Positions 38,347 to 49,167 of a stretch of DNA of 64,000 nucleotides are shown here, piece after piece; positions within the stretch are counted from its first letter, which is position 1, and each line of letters opens with the position of its first letter. The stretch spans positions 943 through 64,942 of the forward strand of contig CALHQK010000095.1 of NCBI GenBank assembly GCA_938037185.1, read 5' to 3'. The stretch comes from an uncultured Riemerella sp. (GTDB lineage Bacteria; Bacteroidota; Bacteroidia; Flavobacteriales; Weeksellaceae). The notes beneath the pieces were generated by a model, which was not told where the DNA came from, ran no database searches, and worked only from the letters and a program-made list of their open reading frames with translations. The position numbers and the translations under genes were made by a program.

Positions 38347-39159
38347 TTATACAGAAACATTATTTTCTCTAAGAGCATCATTCAGAGAGGTTTTCTTATC
38401 CGTAGATTCCTTTCTCTTACCAATAATCAAAGCGCATGGCACCTGATATTCTCCAGCTGGGAATTTTTTGGTGTAGCTCCCTGGTATCACTACCGAACGA
38501 GCTGGAACTCTGCCTTTTAGCTCCACAGGTTCATTTCCTGTCACATCTATAATTTTAGTAGATGCTGTAAGAACTACATTCGCTCCCAAAACTGCTTCTT
38601 TCTCCACACGAACCCCCTCTACTACTATACATCTAGAGCCCACAAAAACATCATCTTCTATAATCACAGGAGCAGCCTGTAATGGCTCTAAAACCCCACC
38701 GATACCTACTCCACCGCTCAGATGCACATTTTTACCAATCTGAGCACAGCTACCCACTGTAGCCCATGTATCCACCATAGTTCCGCTGTCTACATATGCC
38801 CCGATATTCACATAAGAAGGCATCAGAATAGCCCCCGAAGCGATAAAAGCACCCTCTCTCGCCACTGCATGAGGAACAACACGAACCCCCTTCTCTGCAT
38901 AGTTTTTCTTTAATGGAATTTTATCATGAAACTCAAAAGGCCCCACCTCTATCGTTTTCATCTGCTGGATAGGGAAATACATCACCACTGCTTTTTTCAC
39001 CCATTCATTCACCTGCCATCCATCAGAAACAGGCTCTGCTACTCTTATTTTTCCTAAATCTAATTCACAGATTACAGAGCGAACAGCCTCCTGATAATCA
39101 GCTTGTTTTAGTAATTCTCTATTCTCCCAAGCTTCTTCTATTTTTTGTTGTAAACTCAT
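38347..39159 (-). CDS. dapD: 2,3,4,5-tetrahydropyridine-2,6-dicarboxylate N-succinyltransferase
   Basis: Left-handed beta-helix hexapeptide repeats (IGKNVHLSGGVGIGGV...VIIEDDVFVGSRCIVVEGVRV), with a DapD-like N-terminal domain. Confidence 0.8.
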   Translation of the reverse strand: MSLQQKIEEAWENRELLKQADYQEAVRSVICELDLGKIRVAEPVSDGWQVNEWVKKAVVMYFPIQQMKTIEVGPFEFHDKIPLKKNYAEKGVRVVPHAVAREGAFIASGAILMPSYVNIGAYVDSGTMVDTWATVGSCAQIGKNVHLSGGVGIGGVLEPLQAAPVIIEDDVFVGSRCIVVEGVRVEKEAVLGANVVLTASTKIIDVTGNEPVELKGRVPARSVVIPGSYTKKFPAGEYQVPCALIIGKRKESTDKKTSLNDALRENNVSV

Positions 39160-39202
39160 TTTTTATTACTAATTAAAATTTATATAATTCAAAAATCACA
39201 TT

Positions 39203-39778
39203 TTAAAGAACTCTTCTCGCAAAAAGAAAAGCCTTATCCCAATAGGTTTCATCGAGAGAAGAAATAATCACACCTTTACTCGTAGAAGCATGGATAAATT
39301 TAATTTCTCCATCATCCGTTATCGTATGAACTATCCCCACATGAGAAACCCTCTTCCCTCCAGCAGTAGCAAAGAACAATAAATCACCGTGTTTTACCTC
39401 TCGGATGCTTACTTCTCTGCCCTCTTTCGCTTGGTCGGAGGAGCGTCTGGTCAGCTTTATATCATTCTCTGCGAAGACCGTATTCACAAAACCAGAACAG
39501 TCAAATCCAGAAGATGTCATTCCGCCAGGTTTATACGGCGCACCTAAATACTTTTCGGCATCAGAAAGGATATTCCCTGCCTGAGTGTTATTATTTCTGT
39601 TTGAACTGACTTTAACATCAGCATGTTTTGTCCCTGCTGATGGTTTTTTGTAAGTTGTTGTTTTACTTATTCTTACCGGATGAGCCGTTCCGCAAGAATA
39701 TAAAAATACAGAAGCGGCAAATAAAATCAAAATATTTTTCATAATTGTCAAAAATAGAAAAATAATTAATCTTATCAA
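39203..39778 (-). CDS. NlpC/P60 (C40) family peptidoglycan endopeptidase lipoprotein
   Basis: GFDCSGFVNTVF catalytic Cys motif, the downstream His in VSHVGIVH, and a lipoprotein signal (YSCG). Confidence 0.8.
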   Translation of the reverse strand: MIRLIIFLFLTIMKNILILFAASVFLYSCGTAHPVRISKTTTYKKPSAGTKHADVKVSSNRNNNTQAGNILSDAEKYLGAPYKPGGMTSSGFDCSGFVNTVFAENDIKLTRRSSDQAKEGREVSIREVKHGDLLFFATAGGKRVSHVGIVHTITDDGEIKFIHASTSKGVIISSLDETYWDKAFLFARRVL

Positions 39779-39845
39779 AGTTTTTATTAAATTTGGGCTG
39801 ATTTAATTCTAAATTCAACTTAAATAATATAAAAAATCAATAAAA

Positions 39846-40538
39846 ATGAACATTATTTTGGCTTCCACTTCCACGCTTTTTGGCGGAAAATATTTAGAGT
39901 ATTTAAAGGATGAAATTATAAATCTCTACGCAGGGATAGATGAAATTTTATTTATTCCCTTTGCCCGTCCCAGCGGGATTTCGCATGAAGAATATACTGA
40001 TAAAGCTCGGGTATTTTTCAGCTCAATCGGGATAAAAGTAAAAGGGCTTCACGAATTTGAAAATAAAAAAGAAGCCGTAAATCAAGCCAAGGCCTATTTC
40101 ACAGGAGGAGGAAATACTTTTTTGTTAGTTAAAACGCTGCATGAGTTAGGCTTAATGCCAGTTTTAAAGCAAAATATAGAAAGTGGAAAACCCTACCTCG
40201 GATGCAGTGCGGGAAGCAATATTGGCGGAATTAATATGAAAACGACCAACGATATGCCCATTGTCTATCCTCCGAGTTTTGATTGCATGGCGCTCGTTCC
40301 TTTCAATATAAATCCGCATTATCTTGACCCCAACCCAGATTTGAAGCACAACGGCGAAACCAGAGAAACCCGCATAAAGGAGTTTTTGACACAAAATGAC
40401 ACTAAAGTTATCGGGCTTCGGGAAGGAAACTGGATTAGAAAAATAAATAATAAAATCACAGTGGAAGGCCCCCAGTTCACACGAATTTTTGAAAAGGGAA
40501 AAGACCCCTACGAAATTAAAAGCGGAAGCGAATTGTAA
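39846..40538 (+). CDS. pepE: Dipeptidase E (peptidase S51)
   Basis: MNIILAS..., GGGNTF, and the catalytic Ser region GCSAGS. Confidence 0.8.
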   Translation: MNIILASTSTLFGGKYLEYLKDEIINLYAGIDEILFIPFARPSGISHEEYTDKARVFFSSIGIKVKGLHEFENKKEAVNQAKAYFTGGGNTFLLVKTLHELGLMPVLKQNIESGKPYLGCSAGSNIGGINMKTTNDMPIVYPPSFDCMALVPFNINPHYLDPNPDLKHNGETRETRIKEFLTQNDTKVIGLREGNWIRKINNKITVEGPQFTRIFEKGKDPYEIKSGSEL

Positions 40539-40583
40539 TTTTATTTTCACATAATTTAGATTTAATCTAAATAAATTATATAT

Positions 40584-40955
40584 TTGCAGTTCTTTAATCA
40601 TAACATTTATAAGATGAAAACAGCATCAATTTATCAAGATTTAGAATTTAACGAAAATAAACCAGCTATTAAAGTTCTTTTAGAAACTGATTTTACCAAA
40701 GAAATTCGAATTTTGCTGAACAAAGGACAGGAAATGAAAGAACATCAAACGCCCTATCCTATTGTGGTAGAGTTAGTTTCAGGGGCAATTATCTTCGGTG
40801 TAGAAGGGAAAGAATATGATATAGAAAAAGGCGGCCTTCTGACTTTAGCAGGAGGTATACCGCACCACCTAATCGCCAAGGAAGAAAGTATCGTTCGCCT
40901 AACACTAAGTAAATCAGACTCTTCTGCAAGAGTGGAAGATGTAGCTAAAAAATAA
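40584..40955 (+). CDS. Hypothetical cupin-like small protein
   Basis: 123 aa. A cupin-like G..H.H patch (GGIPHH) is the only weak motif. Confidence 0.35.
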   Translation: MQFFNHNIYKMKTASIYQDLEFNENKPAIKVLLETDFTKEIRILLNKGQEMKEHQTPYPIVVELVSGAIIFGVEGKEYDIEKGGLLTLAGGIPHHLIAKEESIVRLTLSKSDSSARVEDVAKK

Positions 40956-40958
40956 AAT

Positions 40959-41735
40959 ATGAAAGACCAACATATGAACCCTCAGCAGGGACACTGGATT
41001 TTAGCAAAAATGGGAAAAAAAGTTCTTCGCCCAGGAGGAAAAGAACTCAGCCTTAAAATGATTGAAAATCTAAACATTACATCAAATGATGATATCGTTG
41101 AATTTGCGCCGGGGCTTGGTTTTACCGCTGAAATTACTTTGGCAAAAAAGCCTAAAAGTTACACTGGTGTAGAGCTGAATGAGGAAGCTGCCGAAATTCT
41201 AAAAAATAAACTGAAAGGCGATAATGTGAGGATTATTATTGGCAATGCAGCCCAATCGACATTGGAAGATGAAAGCGTAACAAAAGTCTATGGAGAGGCG
41301 ATGCTGACAATGCATGCAGACCACAGAAAATCAGAAATCATAAGGGAAGCCCACAGAATACTAAAACCAGGTGGAATATATGCAATCCACGAACTTGGGC
41401 TTACTCCAGATGACATAAGCTCTGAGAAAAAAAGCCACATTCAGCAGGAACTGGCAAAGGCTATAAAAGTAAATGCAAGACCACTTACCGCGAGTGAATG
41501 GACAGAACTGCTGGAACAAGAAGGTTTTTTGGTAAAAAAAATAGAAACCAATCCTATGCACCTTTTAGAGCCTAAAAGAATGATAGATGATGAAGGGTTT
41601 TTCCGCACATTGAAAATTGTATTTAATATCTTAACAAATCCTTCTGCACGAAAGAGAATTTTAGCAATGAGAAAGGTTTTCAGAACCTACCAAAATCATT
41701 TAAATGCCGTAGCCATCATTGCTGAAAAGAAATAA
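40959..41735 (+). CDS. Class I SAM-dependent methyltransferase
   Basis: Motif I VEFAPGLGFTA and post-I acidic residue context. Confidence 0.65.
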   Translation: MKDQHMNPQQGHWILAKMGKKVLRPGGKELSLKMIENLNITSNDDIVEFAPGLGFTAEITLAKKPKSYTGVELNEEAAEILKNKLKGDNVRIIIGNAAQSTLEDESVTKVYGEAMLTMHADHRKSEIIREAHRILKPGGIYAIHELGLTPDDISSEKKSHIQQELAKAIKVNARPLTASEWTELLEQEGFLVKKIETNPMHLLEPKRMIDDEGFFRTLKIVFNILTNPSARKRILAMRKVFRTYQNHLNAVAIIAEKK

Positions 41736-41794
41736 TAAAAGGATTTTTCTTTATTTTAAAAAAAAAAGGATATTAAAATTAATATCCTTTTTTA

Positions 41795-42406
41795 TTAGTT
41801 TTTATATTTTTCTTGATAATCTTCTTGAGATGCTTTGATAACTTCTTTTGCGTGTTTAGCATCATAGACTTCATCTATTCTGCATGCCACAGGCTCACCA
41901 GGAAGATTTTTATAAGTCAAAAAATAGTGCATTAGTCTATCTACTTCAGCCTTAGGAAGTTCTGAAATATCTTTGATATGTCCATAAGACTGGTCGCCTA
42001 CTAATACAGCTACGATTTTATCATCAGCCTCGCCTTTGTCTATCATCTTAAACCCTCCGATTGGCACTGCTTCCAGCAAAATACCACCAACAGGAACATT
42101 ATGGCTGCTCAATACACAGATATCTAGTGGATCGTGGTCTCCTTCCGTGATGTCTGAAGCGCCTCTTTTCACTGCAAGTTCCTTTACTCTATCATCGCAG
42201 TAAGTTCTTGGAACAAAGCCATATAAAGCAGGAATTATATTAGAAAACTTCTGCGGTCTGTCTACTTTTAGATGTCCGCTTTCTTTATCGATTTCATATT
42301 TAATAGTATCTGATGGAACTATTTCCACAAAAACATTAACTACATCTGGTGCTTTTTCCCCAGCTGAAATTCCATGCCAAGGATGTGCTTTAAAAGTTGG
42401 AATCAT
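41795..42406 (-). CDS. ppa: Inorganic pyrophosphatase (family I)
   Basis: EIPxGS...KYE.DKE.G...DRP signature region and DHDPLD acidic cluster. Confidence 0.8.
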   Translation of the reverse strand: MIPTFKAHPWHGISAGEKAPDVVNVFVEIVPSDTIKYEIDKESGHLKVDRPQKFSNIIPALYGFVPRTYCDDRVKELAVKRGASDITEGDHDPLDICVLSSHNVPVGGILLEAVPIGGFKMIDKGEADDKIVAVLVGDQSYGHIKDISELPKAEVDRLMHYFLTYKNLPGEPVACRIDEVYDAKHAKEVIKASQEDYQEKYKN

Positions 42407-42422
42407 TATACTATATTTATTT

Positions 42423-42932
42423 TTAAATTATTCTACTTATTTCATTTCTAAGGTTTTGGATAGTATCCGAGATGTAATCCTCGCCATCCAAATACCCCAT
42501 CAAAAACAGAGTTTTAAACTCCTGTAAAGAAACATTCGGGCTGTTTTCCAAAGTCTTATGGAGAAGCTGGAGAACATTATTTTTAGAATTTAAAATATTA
42601 TTCCAAGAATCTTGGCTGATATAAAGCTGTTGTGAAGCGTTATACTCAAATTCCTCCATAATATTTTTTTCCACTAAAAACACAAATTCCACAGCAGCCA
42701 ATTCCTTGTCAAACTTCTGAACCAAGTTAGAAGGCTTCATTCTCTCCAAAAACAAAGTCATTCTTTCATACGCCTGCAATCTTATCTGCGCATTGGATTT
42801 CCCTGAAATAATGCTCAATTCTTTGTTTTTCAACTTAATGAACTGAAACACAAACTGTCTCAGCAATATCACAAAAGGAACTGCCACGATTAAAGCAAAA
42901 CCGTAAGGCAGTAGGTTATCTAAATTGCTCAT
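42423..42932 (-). CDS. Hypothetical membrane-anchored protein
   Basis: 169 aa with one N-terminal TM helix. Confidence 0.35.
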   Translation of the reverse strand: MSNLDNLLPYGFALIVAVPFVILLRQFVFQFIKLKNKELSIISGKSNAQIRLQAYERMTLFLERMKPSNLVQKFDKELAAVEFVFLVEKNIMEEFEYNASQQLYISQDSWNNILNSKNNVLQLLHKTLENSPNVSLQEFKTLFLMGYLDGEDYISDTIQNLRNEISRII

Positions 42933-42968
42933 TTTTTAAAAATCAAAAGTGTGCAAATGTAAGAAATT

Positions 42969-44495
42969 TTATGAAACCAATACCTCTCCTGTCATTTTTT
43001 CAGGAATTTTTATTCCCATAATGTGGAGAATAGTAGGTGCCACATCGCCTAATTTTCCTCTTTTGAGCTGCCATTTTTTGTCTTTATCCATCACAATCAG
43101 AGGAACTAAACTAGTGGTATGATTGGTATTAGGCGAACCATCTTCGTTTATCATATAGTCTGAATTACCATGGTCAGCGAGGATAAGCACCGTGTAGCCG
43201 TTTTCATAGGCTGTATTGGCTACATCTTTTATGCATTCATCCACCACTTCGCAGGCTTTTACTACTGCATCAAAAACGCCCGTATGTCCCACCATATCAG
43301 GGTTAGCAAAATTTAAACAAACAAAATCTGCTGTCTGTTTCTGCAATTCTGGAATGATGGCATTACGAATATCAAAAGCTGCCATTTCAGGCTTTAAATC
43401 ATAAGTTTTCACATCTCTAGGGCTTGGGCAGAGTATTCTTTTTTCGTTTTCAAACTCAGTTTCGCGCCCTCCTGAAAAGAAGAATGTCACATGAGGATAT
43501 TTTTCGGTTTCTGCGATTCTGATTTGAGATTTTCCCTCTCTCTCCAAAACTTCCCCCAGAGTTTCGTGGATAATTTCTTCATCATAGACGATTTTGATAT
43601 TTTCAAAATCTCGGTCATAGTTGGTCATTGTCACAAAATAGAGATTCAGTTTTTTCATTCCAAATTCTGGAAAATCCTTTTGTGAAAGAACTTCTGTAAG
43701 TTCACGACCTCTATCCGTACGGAAATTGTAGAAAATAACCACATCGCCTTCCTGAATATTTCCCACAGGATTTTGGTTTTCATCAGTTAAAATAATCGGC
43801 TCGATAAATTCATCCAAAATATTATTTTGATAAGAATTTTCCACCGCTTCCAGCGCATTTTGTGTTTTTACCCCCACTCCATTTACCAAGGCATCATAGG
43901 CTTTTTTTACTCGTTCCCAGCGTTTGTCCCTATCCATCGCAAAAAAACGCCCTGTGACAGTAGCTAATTTTCCAGTGGTTTTAGCTAAATATTCCTGAAT
44001 CTCTTTTACAAAAACCTTTCCTCTGTGCGGGTCACAATCACGCCCATCAGTAAAGGCATGAACGAAAACTTTTTTCAATCCCAAATCTTTGGCTTCATCC
44101 AGAAGAGCCTCTAAATGAGTAATATGCGAATGAACACCGCCATCAGACAACAGCCCAAGGAGATGAACATTTTTATTGTTTTTCTGTGCGTGTAAAAATG
44201 CCTCTTGGATAGGTTTTTCTTTACCCAAAGTTCCATTTTTTACAGCTAAATTCAGCCTCGTAAGGTTTTGATAGACAACCCTTCCCGCACCCAAATTCAT
44301 ATGTCCCACTTCGGAATTACCGATTTGTCCTTCGGGAAGCCCCACTTCTAAGCCTGATGCATGCAGCTGAGTATGAGGATATTTCTGATAGCAGCTGTCC
44401 ACAAACGGCGTATGAGCCTTGGTAATTGCACATACTTCGGGATTTTCAGCCAATCCCCAGCCGTCTAATATTGCGAGTAAAACTTTTTTTGACAT
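42969..44495 (-). CDS. gpmI: 2,3-bisphosphoglycerate-independent phosphoglycerate mutase
   Basis: N-terminus MSKKVLLAILDGWG, the phosphoserine region SEVGHMN, and ADHGN in the C-terminal domain. 508 aa. Confidence 0.9.
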   Translation of the reverse strand: MSKKVLLAILDGWGLAENPEVCAITKAHTPFVDSCYQKYPHTQLHASGLEVGLPEGQIGNSEVGHMNLGAGRVVYQNLTRLNLAVKNGTLGKEKPIQEAFLHAQKNNKNVHLLGLLSDGGVHSHITHLEALLDEAKDLGLKKVFVHAFTDGRDCDPHRGKVFVKEIQEYLAKTTGKLATVTGRFFAMDRDKRWERVKKAYDALVNGVGVKTQNALEAVENSYQNNILDEFIEPIILTDENQNPVGNIQEGDVVIFYNFRTDRGRELTEVLSQKDFPEFGMKKLNLYFVTMTNYDRDFENIKIVYDEEIIHETLGEVLEREGKSQIRIAETEKYPHVTFFFSGGRETEFENEKRILCPSPRDVKTYDLKPEMAAFDIRNAIIPELQKQTADFVCLNFANPDMVGHTGVFDAVVKACEVVDECIKDVANTAYENGYTVLILADHGNSDYMINEDGSPNTNHTTSLVPLIVMDKDKKWQLKRGKLGDVAPTILHIMGIKIPEKMTGEVLVS

Positions 44496-44536
44496 TTCTT
44501 ATAATTTTACTGCTAATTTACGAAAATTTATTGATT

Positions 44537-45958
44537 TTAGTTTTGTTTTTCATTGGGTAATTCTATGCTTGAAGCTGGTTTTTCATCAGGAAGGTTAATA
44601 AATTGATAATAAAGCACTTTGGACAAAAATCTTTCATCTTTTTGTTGTTTTTCAATATCTTCAATACGATAAGTGGAATAAATTTCATTAGGATAATATT
44701 CCAAAAGCAGAGAATCATTAAAATCAAATCTATAAACCGCATCAAAATCACTTACTTTCTGAACTTTTATATTATAAATTGTCCCCAAATAGCCCCAGTT
44801 TACGAAGCTGCAAAGTAAAAGCGTTCCGTAGAAATACCAAACCATTTGGTTAAAAAGATAGAAATTGGTTTTTCTGTGTTCTATCTTTAAATAAGTGAAT
44901 ATCAGACCAATAACAGACAATATAAGAAAAGCATAGACTCCCAGCCTTTTGTAGGTAAGCCCCCAGTGGTAGATGTATTCGGTGTTTTTGATGAGGGCGG
45001 AAAGAACAAGTAGCGAGTTAAGAACTATCCACATTTTAGCTAATTTTTTAAGTAACAATGATTTATCATCAAAATTAAAATAAGATTTGAAGTAAAGCAT
45101 CAACAACAAAACCGCCATTACAATGGACAAAATGACCACATTTACACGGCTGTGCGTGTCCGCAGAAAGGTTTGCCAGCCTGTTTGTATCAACTTGAAAA
45201 AACTGTTCATAATTAAAAACCAAAATAAAAACCAGCAAAAGAAGATTGAGTAGAATAAAAGTCAGCACGCCTATTTTTCTTTCAGAATCAAGGTCTAAAA
45301 ACTCTAAAAATGGTTTAAACCCTTGATTTTTAACTCTTTCTGAAAATTCATTTTGTAGAAATTGATTTCGGCGCAAGAAAAATTTTGCTCCTGAAAAATT
45401 CCAATAACCAAACGAAAAATAAAATGCCAAAGCAGCCACCACGAAAAACCAGCTATCAATGTCCAATTCATAAAGATAAACCTCTGAAAATATGGAACTT
45501 CCCATGCTATAAATCCAGAAAAAGAATAAGAAAAACAGGATTGGGATTACTAAAATAATGATTGATTTGAAATTAAATTTAGAGTTTCCATCTCTGATAA
45601 TCCATGTATTAAAATCAAAGAAACGATACGGAAAAGCGATATTATTCATTGTCGCTATCGGGATAGCCAGAATGCTTTTGAGCCTTCTATATTTTGACTT
45701 AAATCTCAGCAGCAGCAAGGAAAAAGAAACCGCCAAAAACGAAACGAAATCCCCATACCACATAAAAGCAAAAGCCGACAAAATGGACAACGCAAAAATG
45801 ATAAAAAACTCTCTGTCTTTCCTTTTTTTATGTGTTTTCACCAAAGTAATAACACTGAGAAAAATGGCTAATAATCCGACATTTAAGCCAAAAGATTCTC
45901 TGTAAAACAGCGCTGTAGCTACTGCTGTAGTCAGCATAATTAAATGATGTGTTTTCAT
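44537..45958 (-). CDS. Hypothetical polytopic membrane protein
   Basis: 473 aa with more than 10 hydrophobic helices. It is adjacent to a wHTH regulator and a second membrane protein. Confidence 0.45.
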   Translation of the reverse strand: MKTHHLIMLTTAVATALFYRESFGLNVGLLAIFLSVITLVKTHKKRKDREFFIIFALSILSAFAFMWYGDFVSFLAVSFSLLLLRFKSKYRRLKSILAIPIATMNNIAFPYRFFDFNTWIIRDGNSKFNFKSIIILVIPILFFLFFFWIYSMGSSIFSEVYLYELDIDSWFFVVAALAFYFSFGYWNFSGAKFFLRRNQFLQNEFSERVKNQGFKPFLEFLDLDSERKIGVLTFILLNLLLLVFILVFNYEQFFQVDTNRLANLSADTHSRVNVVILSIVMAVLLLMLYFKSYFNFDDKSLLLKKLAKMWIVLNSLLVLSALIKNTEYIYHWGLTYKRLGVYAFLILSVIGLIFTYLKIEHRKTNFYLFNQMVWYFYGTLLLCSFVNWGYLGTIYNIKVQKVSDFDAVYRFDFNDSLLLEYYPNEIYSTYRIEDIEKQQKDERFLSKVLYYQFINLPDEKPASSIELPNEKQN

Positions 45959-46028
45959 AATATTTAAAAATTTAAATTAGTAACCCAAAGAACTTTGTAT
46001 TTCAAAGTTTAAAAACAAAAAAATATAA

Positions 46029-46325
46029 TTATTTTTTCAATAATTTTTCTAAAGTATTGATATGTTGGTTAAAAGCCTCTCTCCCCGATTGTGTAACACG
46101 ATAGGAAGTTTTTGGTTTTTTGCCAACGAATTCTTTTTTCACCTCGATATATCCTGATTTTTCAAGGGCTGTGCTGTGGCTCGCCAAGTTACCATCAGTG
46201 ATGTTAAGGAGGTTTTTCATTTCACTGAAATCAACCCAGTCATTCACGATAAGGACAGACATGATGCCCAGCCTTACGCGACTTTCAAATTCCTTATTGA
46301 GCTGATTGATATTAAACATTTTCAC
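46029..46325 (-). CDS. Winged-helix transcriptional regulator (small, HTH_34-like)
   Basis: 98 aa. The helix-turn-helix region is LNITDGNLASHSTALEKSGYIEV, followed by a wing. Confidence 0.55.
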   Translation of the reverse strand: MKMFNINQLNKEFESRVRLGIMSVLIVNDWVDFSEMKNLLNITDGNLASHSTALEKSGYIEVKKEFVGKKPKTSYRVTQSGREAFNQHINTLEKLLKK

Positions 46326-46330
46326 TAAAA

Positions 46331-46969
46331 TTATTGATATTTTTTATACAAAATAAGCCCATAAATAATATGCAACAGCCCAAATCCTAACGCCCAGAAT
46401 ATCAATCCATACCCCAGCAAAAATGATGAAAGCAAACCCAAAACCACCTCACAAATTCCTAAATATCTGATATCAGAATAAGTGTATTTAGAAGCGTTGA
46501 TAAGTGACAATCCATAAAAAATCAATGTAGAAGGAGCTAAAAACGCATAAAAATGATGAAAAAGAAGCCCCAAACAAAAAATCCCCCCAGTAACCAATGG
46601 AATAGAAAAATTGATTATCAGAAGCTTAGTAGATGTAGTCCAGATAGGAAGTTCTTTTCTTTTACTCTTTCTTACTGTGAAGAAAACTGCCGAAGCCAAA
46701 GAGAAAACAAGGACTACAAGGGCAACTAAAATCAGCTCGGATATAAAATTAAAACCATAAAATTTAGGATATCTGTCAAAATAGCTAATCCCTTCCCTTT
46801 CAAATGCGAAAAACACATACGCCGCTCCCAAAATAGCAAAAATCCCTACAAAAACTCCAGACAAGCCACTCAATGAAATGAAGCGAGAACTTTTCTCCAT
46901 AATAGAGCGAATGTGAGATAAATCTTCTTGATAATTTTTAGTATCCATAAAAAGAACTTTGAATTGCAA
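46331..46969 (-). CDS. Hypothetical membrane protein
   Basis: 212 aa with about 6 TM helices. Confidence 0.45.
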   Translation of the reverse strand: MQFKVLFMDTKNYQEDLSHIRSIMEKSSRFISLSGLSGVFVGIFAILGAAYVFFAFEREGISYFDRYPKFYGFNFISELILVALVVLVFSLASAVFFTVRKSKRKELPIWTTSTKLLIINFSIPLVTGGIFCLGLLFHHFYAFLAPSTLIFYGLSLINASKYTYSDIRYLGICEVVLGLLSSFLLGYGLIFWALGFGLLHIIYGLILYKKYQ

Positions 46970-47030
46970 AGTTAATATTTATTTTGAAAAATCAAAATTA
47001 TTTGAATCTTTTTTTAACTTTAAAATTTAC

Positions 47031-47711
47031 TTATTTTTTAGTTTTATCAAAGATGATGACAGGAGCAGGAACTTTATCGTAAGGATTATTGTATTCCCAA
47101 AAGAAGGAATGGTATTCTTTGACAATTTCGCCTTTTTGAGCATCTATTTCTATATTAACCATAGTGATACAGTCTTCTTTGGTTCTCTGATGAGCATCCC
47201 AGCTGATATACCACATGGGAACTCCTTTTTCATCAATTTTTCTGTATATCCTTGTATACATGCCTAATAATTCTGCTTTACGGCTTTTCATATATGCCAA
47301 AACCTTCTCTAATGGATATTTTTCAAAAGGTTTGTCATAATCTATGCTCTTTGTTAGGATGCCCTTTTCATCATAGAAATTCCATGTTCCTATACGAAAA
47401 CCTCCTCCATCAAAAACTTTACCTTCTTCTTTTAGGATTCCTGTAGAATAGAAATGATTAAGAAATTTTACATTAAATTCATTTTTTAAAGACACATAAC
47501 GCCCATAACCTCTTTTAGTAGTAATTTCTGTCACCCGATTTCCCAAGCTGTCAATATAAATATATTCTCCGTTTTTCTTATTTTCATTAAATCGTTTGAT
47601 ATCAAACTTTTTTTCGGCTTTTATCTGCTCGTTTTTTACTTCAGTTTTTTTGTCTTGTCCATTACATGAAGATAGTAAACAAAGTAATTGGATTAGAATA
47701 ATTTTTTTCAT
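47031..47711 (-). CDS. Hypothetical lipoprotein
   Basis: Lipobox LSSCNGQ. 226 aa. Confidence 0.45.
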   Translation of the reverse strand: MKKIILIQLLCLLSSCNGQDKKTEVKNEQIKAEKKFDIKRFNENKKNGEYIYIDSLGNRVTEITTKRGYGRYVSLKNEFNVKFLNHFYSTGILKEEGKVFDGGGFRIGTWNFYDEKGILTKSIDYDKPFEKYPLEKVLAYMKSRKAELLGMYTRIYRKIDEKGVPMWYISWDAHQRTKEDCITMVNIEIDAQKGEIVKEYHSFFWEYNNPYDKVPAPVIIFDKTKK

Positions 47712-47768
47712 ATGTTTTTATTTTTTAAAAAAATAAGCCCTACAAAAATAGAGCTTATTTTATATAAA

Positions 47769-49142
47769 TTATTTTTTCAAAGAATCTTCTAACTTCTTGA
47801 ACTGGTTATACTTATCCATATTGTCTAGATTCATGTAGATTCCTTTCAGAGTACTTACTACTTCTACATTTTTAGGCTCAATAGAATGCCATTTTTCAAG
47901 GTAAGGAAGAGCTTTTTTGAAGGTTTCTCTTCGCTTTTCCATCAATTTATTCATTTCATTGATTTTCTTTGCTTTTTGGAAAGTTCGGATTTGCTCCAAT
48001 GTCTTTTCATCATCCTTTAAATGAACAGCATAAGCCAAACCTTGCAGCGCCAAAACATAGTTTCCATCAATCTCTAATGCTTTTTTGAATGATTTTTCAG
48101 CATCCGCCAAAGTAGCATTATCTTGACTTTGCAAGAAACCTAAATTATACCAAGATTCCTTGTCATTAGGATTTTTAGCAACTTGATTTTTAAGCGTTTG
48201 GATAAATTCAGCTGTCTTTCCTGATCTGTAATAAGCAATTCCCTGTAATTCCGACAATCTCTGATTGTTAGGGAATTTTTTAAGTCCTTTTTCTATCAAA
48301 ACCAAAGCTTCATCATATCTCGCAGCATCCACCAAAAGTCTTATGTTTGCTTCATATAATTCTAGTTCTACGCTCGGAGTTGATTGAGTTTTTAGGTCTT
48401 TGTATTCATTTGAACCAGATTTTTTAATCAATTCAAAAGAGTTTTTATCAAAAGACTGAACCTGCCCAGTTTTCACATCTGTCGCCAAATACTGAGTAGT
48501 AACTCCTGTATATCCACTGTTAATCAAGCTATTATAAATGTCTATCGCTTCATTATTTTTTCCAGCAGCGCCATAGTTTATTCCTGCGTAGTAAAGATAA
48601 GTTTTATCCTCATTTCCTACGGCTTTCAGTAAGTTATATACTTCTTCGTATTTTTCAGCTGCCTTATTGTAGTTTTTAGCTTGATAAGCTTTGTAAGCTT
48701 CATCACTTGCAGATTTCAAAAGCGGATTTACAAAACTATTTACTTTTTCAGTAGTTTTTGGAGTGTAATTTTCAACTTTTAATCCTTGTATTCCACTTTT
48801 TTCAGCAGCTTCTTTTCCTGCAAAATATACTTTCTTTTTGTCGCTGTTTTTACCTGTATAAATCGTTTTTAAATCTGTAATTTTCCCTAAAAGAGCTGCT
48901 CCTTCTCTGGTTTTTCCTTCTTTTATCAATAAAACTCCTTTCGCGTAATAGTATTCCTCCAAAACTGATGGCTCGAGCAGATACAGCTGGTCGTTCAATA
49001 AACCTTCAGCCTTTGATATTTCTGCTTTAGCTGCTGCTATATCGTTTTTTTCTATTGCTTTAGAAGCGTTTTGGATTTCTTTTTTCTGTGCAAAAGTGAA
49101 TGACGCACTCACTAATGCTAAACTTAAAACTATTTTTTTCAT
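47769..49142 (-). CDS. Tetratricopeptide-repeat protein (secreted)
   Basis: A signal peptide, then repeated 34-residue W/L-G-Y-A-P patterns (YYAG..YY, AL.L.G.AY). Confidence 0.65.
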   Translation of the reverse strand: MKKIVLSLALVSASFTFAQKKEIQNASKAIEKNDIAAAKAEISKAEGLLNDQLYLLEPSVLEEYYYAKGVLLIKEGKTREGAALLGKITDLKTIYTGKNSDKKKVYFAGKEAAEKSGIQGLKVENYTPKTTEKVNSFVNPLLKSASDEAYKAYQAKNYNKAAEKYEEVYNLLKAVGNEDKTYLYYAGINYGAAGKNNEAIDIYNSLINSGYTGVTTQYLATDVKTGQVQSFDKNSFELIKKSGSNEYKDLKTQSTPSVELELYEANIRLLVDAARYDEALVLIEKGLKKFPNNQRLSELQGIAYYRSGKTAEFIQTLKNQVAKNPNDKESWYNLGFLQSQDNATLADAEKSFKKALEIDGNYVLALQGLAYAVHLKDDEKTLEQIRTFQKAKKINEMNKLMEKRRETFKKALPYLEKWHSIEPKNVEVVSTLKGIYMNLDNMDKYNQFKKLEDSLKK

Positions 49143-49167
49143 GTTAATGATAATTTTTTATTTAATT